A stretch of DNA of 64,000 nt, taken from IMG/VR virus record IMGVR_UViG_2936333065_000001, positions 2,543 to 66,542 of that record; one strand, 5' to 3'. Position 1 is the first letter of the stretch. Every line of letters begins with the position of its first letter. Below the pieces are notes generated by a model. That model made no database searches, was not told where the DNA came from, and saw only the letters and a list, made by a program, of their open reading frames with translations. This DNA comes from a virus. Of the stretch, positions 25,484-35,128 are shown piece after piece. Position numbers and translations under genes: made by a program.

Positions 25484-28400
25484 ATGAATGCAGTGGTAAA
25501 AGGCGCAAAAAGTGGCGAGAAAAAAGCGCGTCAGCCAGTCGTGGCGAAAGATTCAGCACAGTCAAAAACCTATATTAAGCTTCAATATGGCATGTCAGAA
25601 GGAGAAATTGAGGGTTTAGTAGGTGGCGCAAAGTCTATTTTTTTGGATGATACGCCAATTTTGGACAGCAATGGAAATAACAACTTTTTGGGCGTGACTT
25701 GGGATTTTCGCACAGGAACCAACGATCAAACTTATATGGAAGGTTTCCCTGAAGTTTCCAATGATACTGATGTCAATGTTGAGCTAAAAACCAATTCTTG
25801 GGTTCGCTCAATCTCAAACACAGTCATTAACGCTGTGCGTGTTCGCTTGCGCTTTGGTGCATTAAGAAGCACAAATGCGACAAATGGTGATGTCACAGGC
25901 GTAACCATTAAATATGCAATTGACGTATCTACAGATGGCGGTGCTTACGTCACAATGATTGATACTCAAATCAGCGATAAAACATCATCAAATTATGAGC
26001 GTTCTCACCGTATTGATTTGCCAAAAGCAACAAGTGGCTGGAACATTCGCGTACGTCGTTTAACACCGCCAGCGCAATCGGATTATGTTACTGATGCAAT
26101 GTATGTCGCATCCTATGCTGAAGTCATTGATGCGAAGTTTCGCTATCCCAATACTGCTTTGCTTGGATTAGAGTATGACGCTGAAAACTTCTCTAGTGTT
26201 GCTAAAATTGCAGTAAGAGCAAAGGGTATAAAGGTGCGTGTGCCGAGCAATTACGATCCCGTGACTCGTCAATATGTGGGTATTTGGGATGGTTCATTTA
26301 AACGTGCTTATTCGAATAATCCTGCTTGGATTTATTATGATCTATGCACACAAAAACGCTACGGATTAGGTGAGCGTATCACAGACGCTATGCTCGACAA
26401 AGCAAGCCTTTATCGCTTGTCGCAATATTGCGATGGTCTTGTAAGTGATGGTGCGGGCGGTCAAGAGCCACGATTTACTTGTAATGTGTATATTCAGTCT
26501 GCTGAAGATGCTTATTCAATTTTAAGCAAATTGGCGGGTGTATTTCGTGCAATTTCATATTGGGATGGCGATAGCATTATTTGTGATGCTGATATTCCGC
26601 AAGATGTTTATTTTAACTATACCAATGCGAATGTCATTAATGGCACGTTTGAGTATTCAGGCACACGTGCGCGTGATCGTCATACAGTTGCAAAAGTGGC
26701 ATGGTCAAATCCAGACAATCGTTTCAAAACCGAATATGAAATCGTTCGTGATGAAAATGCAATTGCCAAACACGGTGTAAAAATTGTTGAAATCGCAGCA
26801 TGGGGCTGTACATCACGTGGTCAAGCGCAACGTGCTGGACTTTGGGCGATTCGCTCTGAACAATACGAAACTCAGACAGTTAGTTTTAAGGTTGGTCTTG
26901 ATGGCAATATTCCAGTTCCTGGTAAAGTCATTTCAGTTGCGGACAATGATTTCGCGGGACGCTTCATTGGTGGTCGTATCAAATCGATTTCTACTGATCG
27001 AAAAACCTTAACTTTAGATCGTGATGTAATAGCCAATACTGGCGATAAAATCATGATCAATAGTGAGCAGGGTCAAGCGGTCATAGGCACAATTCAGTCA
27101 ATATCAGGCAGTACGGTTACGGTCGCAAACGCATTTGCGGCAAACACTATTGCATCACAAAATGCGTGGACGATTGATTCAAGCGAATTGGCAACACGTA
27201 AATTTCGCGTCATGACAATTACTCAAGATGAAGAACATCAGTTCTCAATTACCGCGCTTGAGTACAATCCGCTGAAATTTGATGCAATTGACAACGGGGC
27301 TTATATTCAAGACGCGCCAGTTTCAATCATCAATCCGACTGCTCAAGTACCTGTAACTAACCTCAAGCTATCAGCTTACGATCAAGTGCAGCAGGGCGTA
27401 AACATTGCAACAATGGTGATTCAATGGGATAAAGCCGAGTTTGCTGTGAAGTATCTGGTTGAATGGCGTAGAGATGACGGAAGTTGGATTAAGATGCCTT
27501 TAACTGGTAACACGTCAGTCGAGGTAGCGGGAATTTATTCGGGCAACTACACAGCACGAGTAACTGCTATTTCTGCATTTGATGTGTCATCGCTACCAGC
27601 AACCTCAAATCTAACAGCATTGTCAGGCAAGCAAGGTTTGCCGCCAAAATTGGCATTTATTAATGCTACTGGCATCTTGTTCGGCATGAAGTTGGATTGG
27701 GGTTTTCCTGCGGTTGGCGCACTCGATGCTGCTTATACTGAAATTCAAGTTTCGCCTGATGGCACGAGCAATATTGCATCACTCGGTTTATTTGCGTATC
27801 CAACAACGACACATACGATTCAAGGATTACAGCCAGATTTAACGCAGTATTATTGCGGGCGATTGATTGACAGAATTGGCAATGTGGGCGAATGGTCGGA
27901 TTGGACGCATGCGACTACATCTGCTGATGCAGACATCATTTTAGATCTGTTGCAAGATCAAATTAGTGAAAGTCAGTTAAATCAAGACTTAAAAGATGAA
28001 ATTGCAAAAATTGAAGTGATTGGTGGTGATGTCGCAGATGTTAAAAATGAAGTCACAATCATTAGTAACAATCAGCAGCAAATGGCGACAAAGCTTGATG
28101 GCGTATTTGCTCAAGTCAATCCACCCATGGCTGGTTCTTCTACCGATATGGCAGGGGATAGTACTCAATACGCAGGCGTATGGTCTGAAATGTCGGCACG
28201 TATTGAATCGGATCTAGTTCAGGCTCAACGGACTAACACCATTCAAACGCAGGTAAATGGCAATACAGCCAGCATTCAATCACAACAGACTTCAATCAAT
28301 GGGATTTACGCACAAGAGTTCATTAAAACTGATGTGAATGGACATGTTGCAGGCCGTGGTTCAATGAATGACGGTAAAGTTGCAACTATGATCTTTAACT

Positions 28401-28714
28401 ACGATGCGGTGTACTTTGGCGCGCCTGAGGGTGTCGCTGGTATTTCAGATAGACCTTTAATGGTTTTACAGAACTCACCCGTGACATTGCCAAACGGCAC
28501 TATTGTCCCGCGCGGCATGTATCTAGAGAATGCGAACATTGGCTATCTACATGCAAGCAAGATTTATGCGGACAGCTTGAGTGCATTGACTGCAAAAATA
28601 GGAACTCTAGGCACAATCACCAATGGTCTCTTAATTTCAGACGACTATGTCAAGATATTTGATCCAGATAATGGCGGAGCTTTGATGTGCCAATTCGGGA
28701 ATTTGTCTAAATAA
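25484..28714 (+). CDS. Host specificity / central tail fibre protein J-like
   Basis: SEGEIEGL, YPNTALLG, NNPAWIYYD, EPRFTCN, GCTSRGQAQRAG motifs. Confidence 0.96.
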   Translation: MNAVVKGAKSGEKKARQPVVAKDSAQSKTYIKLQYGMSEGEIEGLVGGAKSIFLDDTPILDSNGNNNFLGVTWDFRTGTNDQTYMEGFPEVSNDTDVNVELKTNSWVRSISNTVINAVRVRLRFGALRSTNATNGDVTGVTIKYAIDVSTDGGAYVTMIDTQISDKTSSNYERSHRIDLPKATSGWNIRVRRLTPPAQSDYVTDAMYVASYAEVIDAKFRYPNTALLGLEYDAENFSSVAKIAVRAKGIKVRVPSNYDPVTRQYVGIWDGSFKRAYSNNPAWIYYDLCTQKRYGLGERITDAMLDKASLYRLSQYCDGLVSDGAGGQEPRFTCNVYIQSAEDAYSILSKLAGVFRAISYWDGDSIICDADIPQDVYFNYTNANVINGTFEYSGTRARDRHTVAKVAWSNPDNRFKTEYEIVRDENAIAKHGVKIVEIAAWGCTSRGQAQRAGLWAIRSEQYETQTVSFKVGLDGNIPVPGKVISVADNDFAGRFIGGRIKSISTDRKTLTLDRDVIANTGDKIMINSEQGQAVIGTIQSISGSTVTVANAFAANTIASQNAWTIDSSELATRKFRVMTITQDEEHQFSITALEYNPLKFDAIDNGAYIQDAPVSIINPTAQVPVTNLKLSAYDQVQQGVNIATMVIQWDKAEFAVKYLVEWRRDDGSWIKMPLTGNTSVEVAGIYSGNYTARVTAISAFDVSSLPATSNLTALSGKQGLPPKLAFINATGILFGMKLDWGFPAVGALDAAYTEIQVSPDGTSNIASLGLFAYPTTTHTIQGLQPDLTQYYCGRLIDRIGNVGEWSDWTHATTSADADIILDLLQDQISESQLNQDLKDEIAKIEVIGGDVADVKNEVTIISNNQQQMATKLDGVFAQVNPPMAGSSTDMAGDSTQYAGVWSEMSARIESDLVQAQRTNTIQTQVNGNTASIQSQQTSINGIYAQEFIKTDVNGHVAGRGSMNDGKVATMIFNYDAVYFGAPEGVAGISDRPLMVLQNSPVTLPNGTIVPRGMYLENANIGYLHASKIYADSLSALTAKIGTLGTITNGLLISDDYVKIFDPDNGGALMCQFGNLSK

Positions 28715-28723
28715 GGAGTGTAA

Positions 28724-29092
28724 ATGGCAGACATATATGGCATGCGCTGTTGGGATCTGGCAGGCAATTTGATTGTTGATATAACTACCGCGCTATCAAA
28801 TTTATTTGGTAGCGTAACCATTCCTAAAAACAATACAGGAATCGTTAGTGGAACAGTATCAAACCCATTGCCACAATCCAGCCGTTTCTTTTATATCGTC
28901 ACAGGGAATACTATTCCACTCAACGCTATTGCCGTGGCTTCTCCTGTAGCAGGAAAAACAGTAAACGTAAGTGCCTTTGACATCACTATTTCTATCGACT
29001 CAGCTGGAGTAATTTCATGGTCTGCGCTCAATCGATGGGGGTATGATTTGGGGCTTACCGATGATGTTAAATTACATTTTGGGTGTTACTAA
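28724..29092 (+). CDS. Tail tip accessory protein
   Basis: YGMRCWD..GNLIVD motif; directly after J. Confidence 0.7.
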   Translation: MADIYGMRCWDLAGNLIVDITTALSNLFGSVTIPKNNTGIVSGTVSNPLPQSSRFFYIVTGNTIPLNAIAVASPVAGKTVNVSAFDITISIDSAGVISWSALNRWGYDLGLTDDVKLHFGCY

Positions 29093-29799
29093 TGGCCTTT
29101 GGCGGACGTGTTTTTAGTGCAAATAAAACTCTTCAAATTGATGAGAGATACAATAATCTGTATTTAATTAAAAAGCAGACATATTCATTGAGTGCTACGG
29201 GTCAGGGTATGTCTACTTACTTAGACAACTGTGCTGTGTTCACATCAAATTATGCTGAAAGTATAATTGCAGTCAGTACAGCAACTGTTAATAGTCAGCT
29301 ACTTATTTACAAAGGAAATGGCAATGATTACTACATTACTGCCAAGGTGGCGGCTGAAATTACGGTATACGAGTTCGGTAAGTTGACGCAGGCTGCTTCG
29401 TATTCAAAATATGGAATAAGGGTGGTTAGGCTTGATGGTACTGTAAGCTTTGATAGCACAAGAAAGCCCATGCGCGTTGTTGATAGTATTAATTATAATA
29501 TTGACTATCAACAAACCGCAGACGTTAAAGATGTTTCAATCCCAAATGGAAAGACTTATGCTTTTGCAGTTTCAAGATTAACTACAAACTTTGTGGGTTT
29601 TCGGGCGGGTACAGGAGGTGGTGGTATTCCCTTATATGGATATATGGCGCACACCCCTGGCTGCATAAAGCCCGATTCTTCCACTTTGCGGATAAAGCCA
29701 GAAAGAGGGTATTCTGTCACTGGTTCATCTAGTGCGGGTGTTTACGATTACGGAAAAGGAGCCACCAATGGATTTATTATTGACGTAACCAACTATTAA
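29092..29799 (+). CDS. Tail tip accessory / receptor-binding protein
   Basis: YGIRV...DGTVSFDS..KPMRVV and IIDVTNY motifs; position. Confidence 0.7.
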   Translation: MAFGGRVFSANKTLQIDERYNNLYLIKKQTYSLSATGQGMSTYLDNCAVFTSNYAESIIAVSTATVNSQLLIYKGNGNDYYITAKVAAEITVYEFGKLTQAASYSKYGIRVVRLDGTVSFDSTRKPMRVVDSINYNIDYQQTADVKDVSIPNGKTYAFAVSRLTTNFVGFRAGTGGGGIPLYGYMAHTPGCIKPDSSTLRIKPERGYSVTGSSSAGVYDYGKGATNGFIIDVTNY

Positions 29800-29815
29800 C
29801 CAAATCAAATCTCAC

Positions 29816-29838
29816 AGCACCTTCGGGTGCTTTTTTTT
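29816..29838 (+). terminator. Rho-independent terminator
   Basis: AGCACC-TTCG-GGTGCT followed by T-run. Confidence 0.85.
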
Positions 29839-29858
29839 GCCAAAAATAAGGGGGCGTT

Positions 29859-30107
29859 ATGCCAGAACCAACAACATCAAGTGGTGCAGGATTTGGGCTT
29901 GCAACAAATTTAGCGGGTGGGAGTGTCGCAGTTTTGGGGGGATTTACTACAACTGAGTGGATGGCCATTGTCGGTGGTCTATGTGCAGTGCTTGGTTTGA
30001 TTATTCAAGCCTGGGCAACGATTCGTAAAGATCGTCGTGATGAATTGGATTATTTGGCAAGACAAAAACGAAATAAAAAGGGGTGTGATGATGTCGAACA
30101 AGACTAA
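29859..30107 (+). CDS. Holin
   Basis: Small protein with hydrophobic segments and basic tail, before the endolysin. Confidence 0.85.
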   Translation: MPEPTTSSGAGFGLATNLAGGSVAVLGGFTTTEWMAIVGGLCAVLGLIIQAWATIRKDRRDELDYLARQKRNKKGCDDVEQD

Positions 30108-30597
30108 GTTGATTGCCACGTCATTAGCGGCTTCGGCTGTTTTTTTTATGTCTTTAATTGGCTATGAGGGGTATTCATCAAAGCCTTATAAGGATTCTGG
30201 CGGAGTAGCTACAATTGGCATCGGCTCAACTCAATATGAAAATGGCTCTAAAGTCAAAATGACAGACAAGTCGATCGATCAGAAAAGAGCAATCGAAATC
30301 AGTAAAGCACACATTGCTAAAGATGAAATTGCGTTTAGAAAATCATTGCAAGGGGTGAAGTTAACTCAAACTGAATACGATCTATATTTAGATTTTATGT
30401 ACAACTTTGGGCGAAGCAACTGGCAATCATCTTCAATGCTTTCACACTTAAAAGCGGGTCAATACATTGCAGCATGCAAGTCATTGTTGAAATGGAAATA
30501 CGTTGCAAAGCGAGATTGTTCGATTCGTAGTAATGGGTGTTATGGCGTGTGGACCAGACAAGTAGATCGATACAATAAGTGTATGGGGGCTAACTAA
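30091..30597 (+). CDS. Endolysin, GH24 lysozyme (probable SAR type)
   Basis: E-x8-D-x5-T triad (EGYSSKPYKDSGGVATIG); weakly hydrophobic N-terminus. Confidence 0.92.
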   Translation: MSNKTKLIATSLAASAVFFMSLIGYEGYSSKPYKDSGGVATIGIGSTQYENGSKVKMTDKSIDQKRAIEISKAHIAKDEIAFRKSLQGVKLTQTEYDLYLDFMYNFGRSNWQSSSMLSHLKAGQYIAACKSLLKWKYVAKRDCSIRSNGCYGVWTRQVDRYNKCMGAN

Positions 30598-30893
30598 TGA
30601 GTGAATTCAAGAAAGTTTCAAAAGTCATGTTGGAGTCAAACGGCATTTATTTTATTGAATGCCCAGGCTGCAAATACCTTCATCCGATTCATGTTGGCGA
30701 ACAGCATAAGATTCGTTGGGATTTTGATGGAAACTTAGAAAAGCCAACATTTAGTCCAAGTTTGATGGTAAATGCAGGTCACACATCACAGTGTCATTCT
30801 TTTATTAGAAATGGCCAGATCCAGTTTTTATCAGACTGTTTTCATCAGCTTGCTGGCAAGACAGTTGATTTATCCGAAATTGAGGAATTGTAA
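30597..30893 (+). CDS. Cys/His-rich DUF6527-like protein
   Basis: CPGC...H, W.FDGN.EKPTFSPSL, CHSFIRNG.IQFL.DC.H. Confidence 0.75.
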   Translation: MSEFKKVSKVMLESNGIYFIECPGCKYLHPIHVGEQHKIRWDFDGNLEKPTFSPSLMVNAGHTSQCHSFIRNGQIQFLSDCFHQLAGKTVDLSEIEEL

Positions 30894-31270
30894 TGCCAAT
30901 ATTCATAGTCTTATGGAAGTTTAAGAAATGGATCGCAATTGCGGTCTTTATTTTTTTATACCTGGTGCAAATTGCATATACAAACCATTTGTCAGGAAAG
31001 CTTAAAAAAGCGGAAGCATCTTGTGAAGAGAAGATACAGAAAATAGAACAGGCAAATTTAAAAGCTTTGACTGAAAAACAAAATCAAATCAATAAAGTGA
31101 GTGCAGATTATGAAAAAGCAAAGTCTGAACAACGTGTTCAAGTTGAGACTATTACACGTGAAGTTCAAAAAATTATTGAACGTCCTATTTATTCTAACGT
31201 CTGCATTGATGATGATGGCTTGCAGCAGATCAACAGTCTTGTCAACAGTGGTTCCAGCCAACCTCCTTGA
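30893..31270 (+). CDS. Inner-membrane spanin (Rz-like)
   Basis: N-terminal TM helix, coiled coil, late Cys. Confidence 0.8.
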   Translation: MPIFIVLWKFKKWIAIAVFIFLYLVQIAYTNHLSGKLKKAEASCEEKIQKIEQANLKALTEKQNQINKVSADYEKAKSEQRVQVETITREVQKIIERPIYSNVCIDDDGLQQINSLVNSGSSQPP

Positions 31271-31400
31271 ACCTTGCTCTAGCCTACAAGCATTGGATGC
31301 TGGCACTGGTAAAGCTGTAATGCTATGGTCTATTGATACTGTTGCTAAATATAATGAATGTAAGTTGCGACATCTGAAGTTGGTTGAAGCGATTAATTAA
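31158..31400 (+). CDS. Outer-membrane spanin lipoprotein (Rz1-like)
   Basis: Overlaps the i-spanin; signal peptide ending MMAC; VPANLLEPC...YNEC. Confidence 0.8.
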   Translation: MKFKKLLNVLFILTSALMMMACSRSTVLSTVVPANLLEPCSSLQALDAGTGKAVMLWSIDTVAKYNECKLRHLKLVEAIN

Positions 31401-31467
31401 GATGCAGACTTAACCAACTACTAAGCTGATTTTGTCAAAATTGATCAATATTTTTTCGTATTCAGTT

Positions 31468-31488
31468 CCCCGAAAATACCCCGAAATA
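31468..31488. repeat. Putative integrase arm-type sites (prophage 1 side)
   Basis: Tandem CCCCGAAAATA / CCCCGAAATA about 65 bp from the att core. Confidence 0.55.
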
Positions 31489-31499
31489 CCAACTAAAAC

Positions 31500-31527
31500 A
31501 AAAAAACCACCTTGAATGGTGGTTTCT
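31500..31527 (-). terminator. Terminator downstream of the tRNA 3' fragment
   Basis: Minus strand AAACCACCA-TTCAA-GGTGGTTT followed by T-run. Confidence 0.7.
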
Positions 31528-31552
31528 AAGTTACTGATAAATCAGTATATCT

Positions 31553-31599
31553 TGGTAGGCATATCCAGACTCGAACTGGAGACCTCTACGATGTCAACG
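31553..31599 (-). pseudogene. 3' fragment of tRNA-Val(GAC); att core between the two prophages
   Basis: Minus strand CGTTGACATCGTAGAGGTCTCCAGTTCGAGTCTGGATATGCCTACCA: anticodon loop, T-arm TCCAG/CTGGA, CCA end; 5' half absent. Confidence 0.9.
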
Positions 31600-31637
31600 C
31601 ACTGTATTTTATATTAATTTCAAACACTTAAAATTGT

Positions 31638-31658
31638 TTGGCGTAATATTGGCGTAAT
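31638..31658. repeat. Putative integrase arm-type sites (prophage 2 side)
   Basis: TTGGCGTAAT x2 separated by 1 nt. Confidence 0.6.
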
Positions 31659-31684
31659 CTAGACTTTATCCACAGGAAAAACAG

Positions 31685-31972
31685 TTAGTTTTTCCTGTTT
31701 CTTCCAATTTTTTTAGGTCGATCTTTCAAAAGTAAATCGGCTTGAATGGGATTGTACATATGCTTACCATCAGTGCCCAGATTTATTGTCACAAGCTTAC
31801 GTCGAATTGTGTCTACAGATAGATTGTATTTTAAAGCAAGCTCTGATGCACTAACTAACTCCAGCTTCTCTTGCTTTAACTCTGTAACAATCGCCCCCCC
31901 AACATTTTGACCCAGTAAAATCTGAGGAGGGGTATCAGATTCAACGGTTATTAGATATCTCAATGCTCCCAC
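31685..31972 (-). CDS. Putative excisionase / HTH DNA-binding protein
   Basis: SASELALKYNLSVDTIRRKL HTH, basic tail, adjacent to att. Confidence 0.6.
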   Translation of the reverse strand: MGALRYLITVESDTPPQILLGQNVGGAIVTELKQEKLELVSASELALKYNLSVDTIRRKLVTINLGTDGKHMYNPIQADLLLKDRPKKIGRNRKN

Positions 31973-31973
31973 A

Positions 31974-32162
31974 TCAACCTCCTTCAGCTTCTTCTACAAC
32001 ACTCACAGAATCCGACTTTCTTATAAATGCTGTCATCAAAAACAGAATCACAAAATAAACATCTGATATATCGTTGATATTCATTTGAAGTGAATAGCCT
32101 TCACTAGCATAGATTTCAACATAGGGCTTTTTCTCACTCATCCCCATCTCCTTGCGCTTCAT
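31974..32162 (-). CDS. Hypothetical protein
   Basis: ORF track; coupled in the leftward operon. Confidence 0.55.
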   Translation of the reverse strand: MKRKEMGMSEKKPYVEIYASEGYSLQMNINDISDVYFVILFLMTAFIRKSDSVSVVEEAEGG

Positions 32163-32664
32163 TAAAAATACGCTTGTTATTGGCTATTGCTTTTTTAGCA
32201 TCGGCATAGTCAGGAAATGCAATGATTTCACAAGTATCCTCGTCCTCAAAAACTTTGCAGAAATACTCTGGTACACGTGGTGTAGTTTGATATTTTTCAA
32301 GCGTAATGATTTCAAAATTATCCAAGTCATTTAGATCATATTGATATGGATCAGTTACATAGTACTCTGCACCATCCCAATACCAACAATCTTCCATATT
32401 CCCCAACTTCTCCTTCAAAGCCGCGTTTTCAGCTTTGAGTGAGTCGATTACGGTTTTATTCTGCTTAGCCTGAACAACCCATAATCCCCATGCAGTATTT
32501 ATGGTATTAAATAGTGATATTTGATCATTTTTATTTAATACTTTTGCAGCTGGAGATAACGAGTACATATTGTCAGTTGACCATTCAACATATAGCAAAT
32601 GACCTCCTAAAAGTCTCCATTGTTCTTCAAACGCCTTTCTTTCTTTCTCTAAATCAACCATCAC
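32134..32664 (-). CDS. Hypothetical phage protein
   Basis: ORF track; overlap coupling. Confidence 0.75.
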   Translation of the reverse strand: MMVDLEKERKAFEEQWRLLGGHLLYVEWSTDNMYSLSPAAKVLNKNDQISLFNTINTAWGLWVVQAKQNKTVIDSLKAENAALKEKLGNMEDCWYWDGAEYYVTDPYQYDLNDLDNFEIITLEKYQTTPRVPEYFCKVFEDEDTCEIIAFPDYADAKKAIANNKRIFNEAQGDGDE

Positions 32665-33011
32665 GCCACCTCACTTTCTTCACGAATTTCACGAGCAAAG
32701 AGCGCACAAGCATCATCTTCGCCAAACCCAATATCGATTAAGAAAAATCCATGCGGTGCGATTGGTTCCCACTTTGTAATATCAGACGCATCCATCATTA
32801 TTTCCCAATCATCTTGCGAAACACTTGCTTCCATCCAGATCGTCACGGTTTCGATATTGAAATGTTGCTTAAGCTGATCCCATTCCTCTTTAGTGAAATA
32901 GTCTGATTCTCCGCTCATTGCATTTATATATGCGCAATATTCAGGATGAATCCATTGGCCCATGTCATCGCGGACAATTTCAGCAGGCTTTAATTGATTA
33001 ATTTCCATCAC
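32661..33011 (-). CDS. Acidic hypothetical phage protein
   Basis: RDDMGQWIHP and WEP.AP.GFFLI.I...ED motifs; overlap coupling. Confidence 0.75.
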   Translation of the reverse strand: MMEINQLKPAEIVRDDMGQWIHPEYCAYINAMSGESDYFTKEEWDQLKQHFNIETVTIWMEASVSQDDWEIMMDASDITKWEPIAPHGFFLIDIGFGEDDACALFAREIREESEVA

Positions 33012-33268
33012 GCCACCATCCTATAAATTCGTCTAACTTCAGTATTGAGATCGTCCATAAACTTGCGACCATCTCTAAACCACAACTTAAGCATTAACTG
33101 GTAACGCTCTTGCGCTTCTTTATTCATCTCACCCTTGTGACTTATAAAGAGTGATTTTTGATTCTTACGGCTTAATTGAAGGCCTTTGCTTGTGCCCTTA
33201 ACTGCAAATCCAACATTGCAGTTAAAGACAAGGAATTTATCTAAGAGCTGTTCTGGTAGGATCATCAC
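33008..33268 (-). CDS. Hypothetical phage protein
   Basis: ORF track; overlap coupling. Confidence 0.7.
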   Translation of the reverse strand: MMILPEQLLDKFLVFNCNVGFAVKGTSKGLQLSRKNQKSLFISHKGEMNKEAQERYQLMLKLWFRDGRKFMDDLNTEVRRIYRMVA

Positions 33269-34443
33269 GGCAGATCCTCAATAAATGCTGGCTGAAATTT
33301 ATTTATCTGTGCGCGACGTTTTTTAACTTCATCCATTAATGCTTTTTGAATAAGTTGATCACGTCCAGAGACTTCTAATTCCAAAGCATCTAACTCAGTT
33401 AAATCGGAAGCGTTTTGAATGCGGACCAATAAGGACGGAGGTTCTTTAATTTCCGGATGAAGTAATTCAGAAAGTCGACGGCTTACTGCAGCGTGTAGTG
33501 GGGCAGTCTGTTCCTGTGTCCAGCCTTTTGTATGTTGAAAAACAGAGTTTGCTTCAGCAGGTGATTGAGCTTTTGATGCGCGGTCAATCAGGTCGTTCAG
33601 TAGCTCTAGGTGATTGCCTACCAGGTTGTTGTTAATGGGATCAGCAAGTAGACTGTCTTCAGCTGTGGATATAGGACCTTGCTCAATAATAGTAATGCCT
33701 GTGTGATTTTTATTTTTTTCAATTGATTCAGTTTTCACAAATTGGGATGATTTTGCTTTACGCGCATTTTCAACCAAGTCCAACTGGTCTTCGTTAAATT
33801 GATACTCATCCAGATTATGCAAAACCGCCTCGATTTCACTATTGGAATCACAAACATTAATTGCATCAATAACTAACTGACACTGGTCATCTTTGGTCAC
33901 AGTAAATGTTTTTTCTTGATCTGATTTATCCAGAGTTTCTTTTACTTCATCATCAATGGCTGTGATTTTTGCCTCAGGTTCTTTTTTCCGTTTAGTCTTC
34001 TTAGCCTCATTGCCAAGACGTGTAACACTGATCTCGCCATTTAATTCATGGCCAAGTGCTTTTGATATAGCTTTTAATTGAAGCTTGGCATTCTCAGCAT
34101 CTTGTTGTACGAAACCACTATTGATAGATTCAACAAGCGCAGCAGTTTTGAAGTTCATGACATAGATTGATGGAGCATATGTGCAGATAACATAAACCTC
34201 TTGGCCATCTTGATATTCATCAAGCTTGAGAGGCTTGGTAAATGAGATACCAGCCAGTTCCATCATTTCCAATTTGATGCAGAATTCATAATGCGGCATT
34301 GCAAAAACAGTAGCCGGCATATGATCGAGCGGACTAAAGTCTTTATCACCAGGCAAAGTTCCGTCACCAGCGTATCTACAAAGAACAGTTTTGCCATTTT
34401 GAAGGGCATTAAAAGCTTCTTGAACATTTAAAATACAAGTCAT
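33265..34443 (-). CDS. Hypothetical phage protein (392 aa)
   Basis: Long ORF in the leftward early operon. Confidence 0.8.
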   Translation of the reverse strand: MTCILNVQEAFNALQNGKTVLCRYAGDGTLPGDKDFSPLDHMPATVFAMPHYEFCIKLEMMELAGISFTKPLKLDEYQDGQEVYVICTYAPSIYVMNFKTAALVESINSGFVQQDAENAKLQLKAISKALGHELNGEISVTRLGNEAKKTKRKKEPEAKITAIDDEVKETLDKSDQEKTFTVTKDDQCQLVIDAINVCDSNSEIEAVLHNLDEYQFNEDQLDLVENARKAKSSQFVKTESIEKNKNHTGITIIEQGPISTAEDSLLADPINNNLVGNHLELLNDLIDRASKAQSPAEANSVFQHTKGWTQEQTAPLHAAVSRRLSELLHPEIKEPPSLLVRIQNASDLTELDALELEVSGRDQLIQKALMDEVKKRRAQINKFQPAFIEDLP

Positions 34444-34447
34444 CTTC

Positions 34448-35128
34448 TTATCCTTTTAATATGGTTAATGCTTTTTTAAGGCTTAAATCTAAATCCGATT
34501 GATTAAGCAGCCAATCACGATAATCACGAGGCAAGTCTTTAACTGGTGTGCCTTTATGCTTACCAAAGCGTATTTTTTGGAATGTGTGAGATTGCTCAGA
34601 CATCAAATACAAAGAATTCATGTCTTTAATACCAAGTTCTTTACATAAAGCTTTCAGCACAACCGCAGTAAGCAAAATATCTTGCTTGGCATTGTGAGCA
34701 TTACGAATGCTTTGTTTGGCTTTCTCAGAACCATTGGTCAGCATGTAAATCAAAGCTGAAATGTTATGCGCTTCATCTGGCCAGACCATGCGAGACAAGG
34801 CTAATGTGCAAATCGGCTTAGCATTAAAATCTTTATGTGCTAATCGAACTGCATTAATGTCATAGTCAATATTGTGGCCAATAATGTATTCACACTCTGG
34901 TGCACGAAACGTTTCATAACTTGGCTTGCCCGCAATATCACTTTCAAGAATGTGATGAACTGCCATGGCGCCAAAAGCGATTGGTTCTGGACAAGAAAAA
35001 TACTCGTCATAAACCGAGTCTTTATCGACAGCCAAAAGACCATCGATAAACGAGCAGGGAACATAGGCAATCTCAATCGGATAGCCTTTCATGTCATGAG
35101 TTTCGGTGTCTAAAATGATTGCGCTCAT
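34448..35128 (-). CDS. DEDDh 3'-5' exonuclease (ExoX-like) with C-terminal FGKHKG domain
   Basis: ILDTET, GHNIDYD, CTL.LSR, AHNA..D motifs. Confidence 0.9.
   Translation of the reverse strand: MSAIILDTETHDMKGYPIEIAYVPCSFIDGLLAVDKDSVYDEYFSCPEPIAFGAMAVHHILESDIAGKPSYETFRAPECEYIIGHNIDYDINAVRLAHKDFNAKPICTLALSRMVWPDEAHNISALIYMLTNGSEKAKQSIRNAHNAKQDILLTAVVLKALCKELGIKDMNSLYLMSEQSHTFQKIRFGKHKGTPVKDLPRDYRDWLLNQSDLDLSLKKALTILKG

Noticed and set aside
21698..29799. Diversity-generating retroelement or invertible tail-fibre switch
   Set aside because: No reverse transcriptase, invertase or adenine-variable template repeat noticed by eye
31553..31599. Intact tRNA-Val gene
   Set aside because: The D-arm and 5' acceptor strand are absent and the anticodon stem is broken (GTGCG cannot fully pair with CGTAG)
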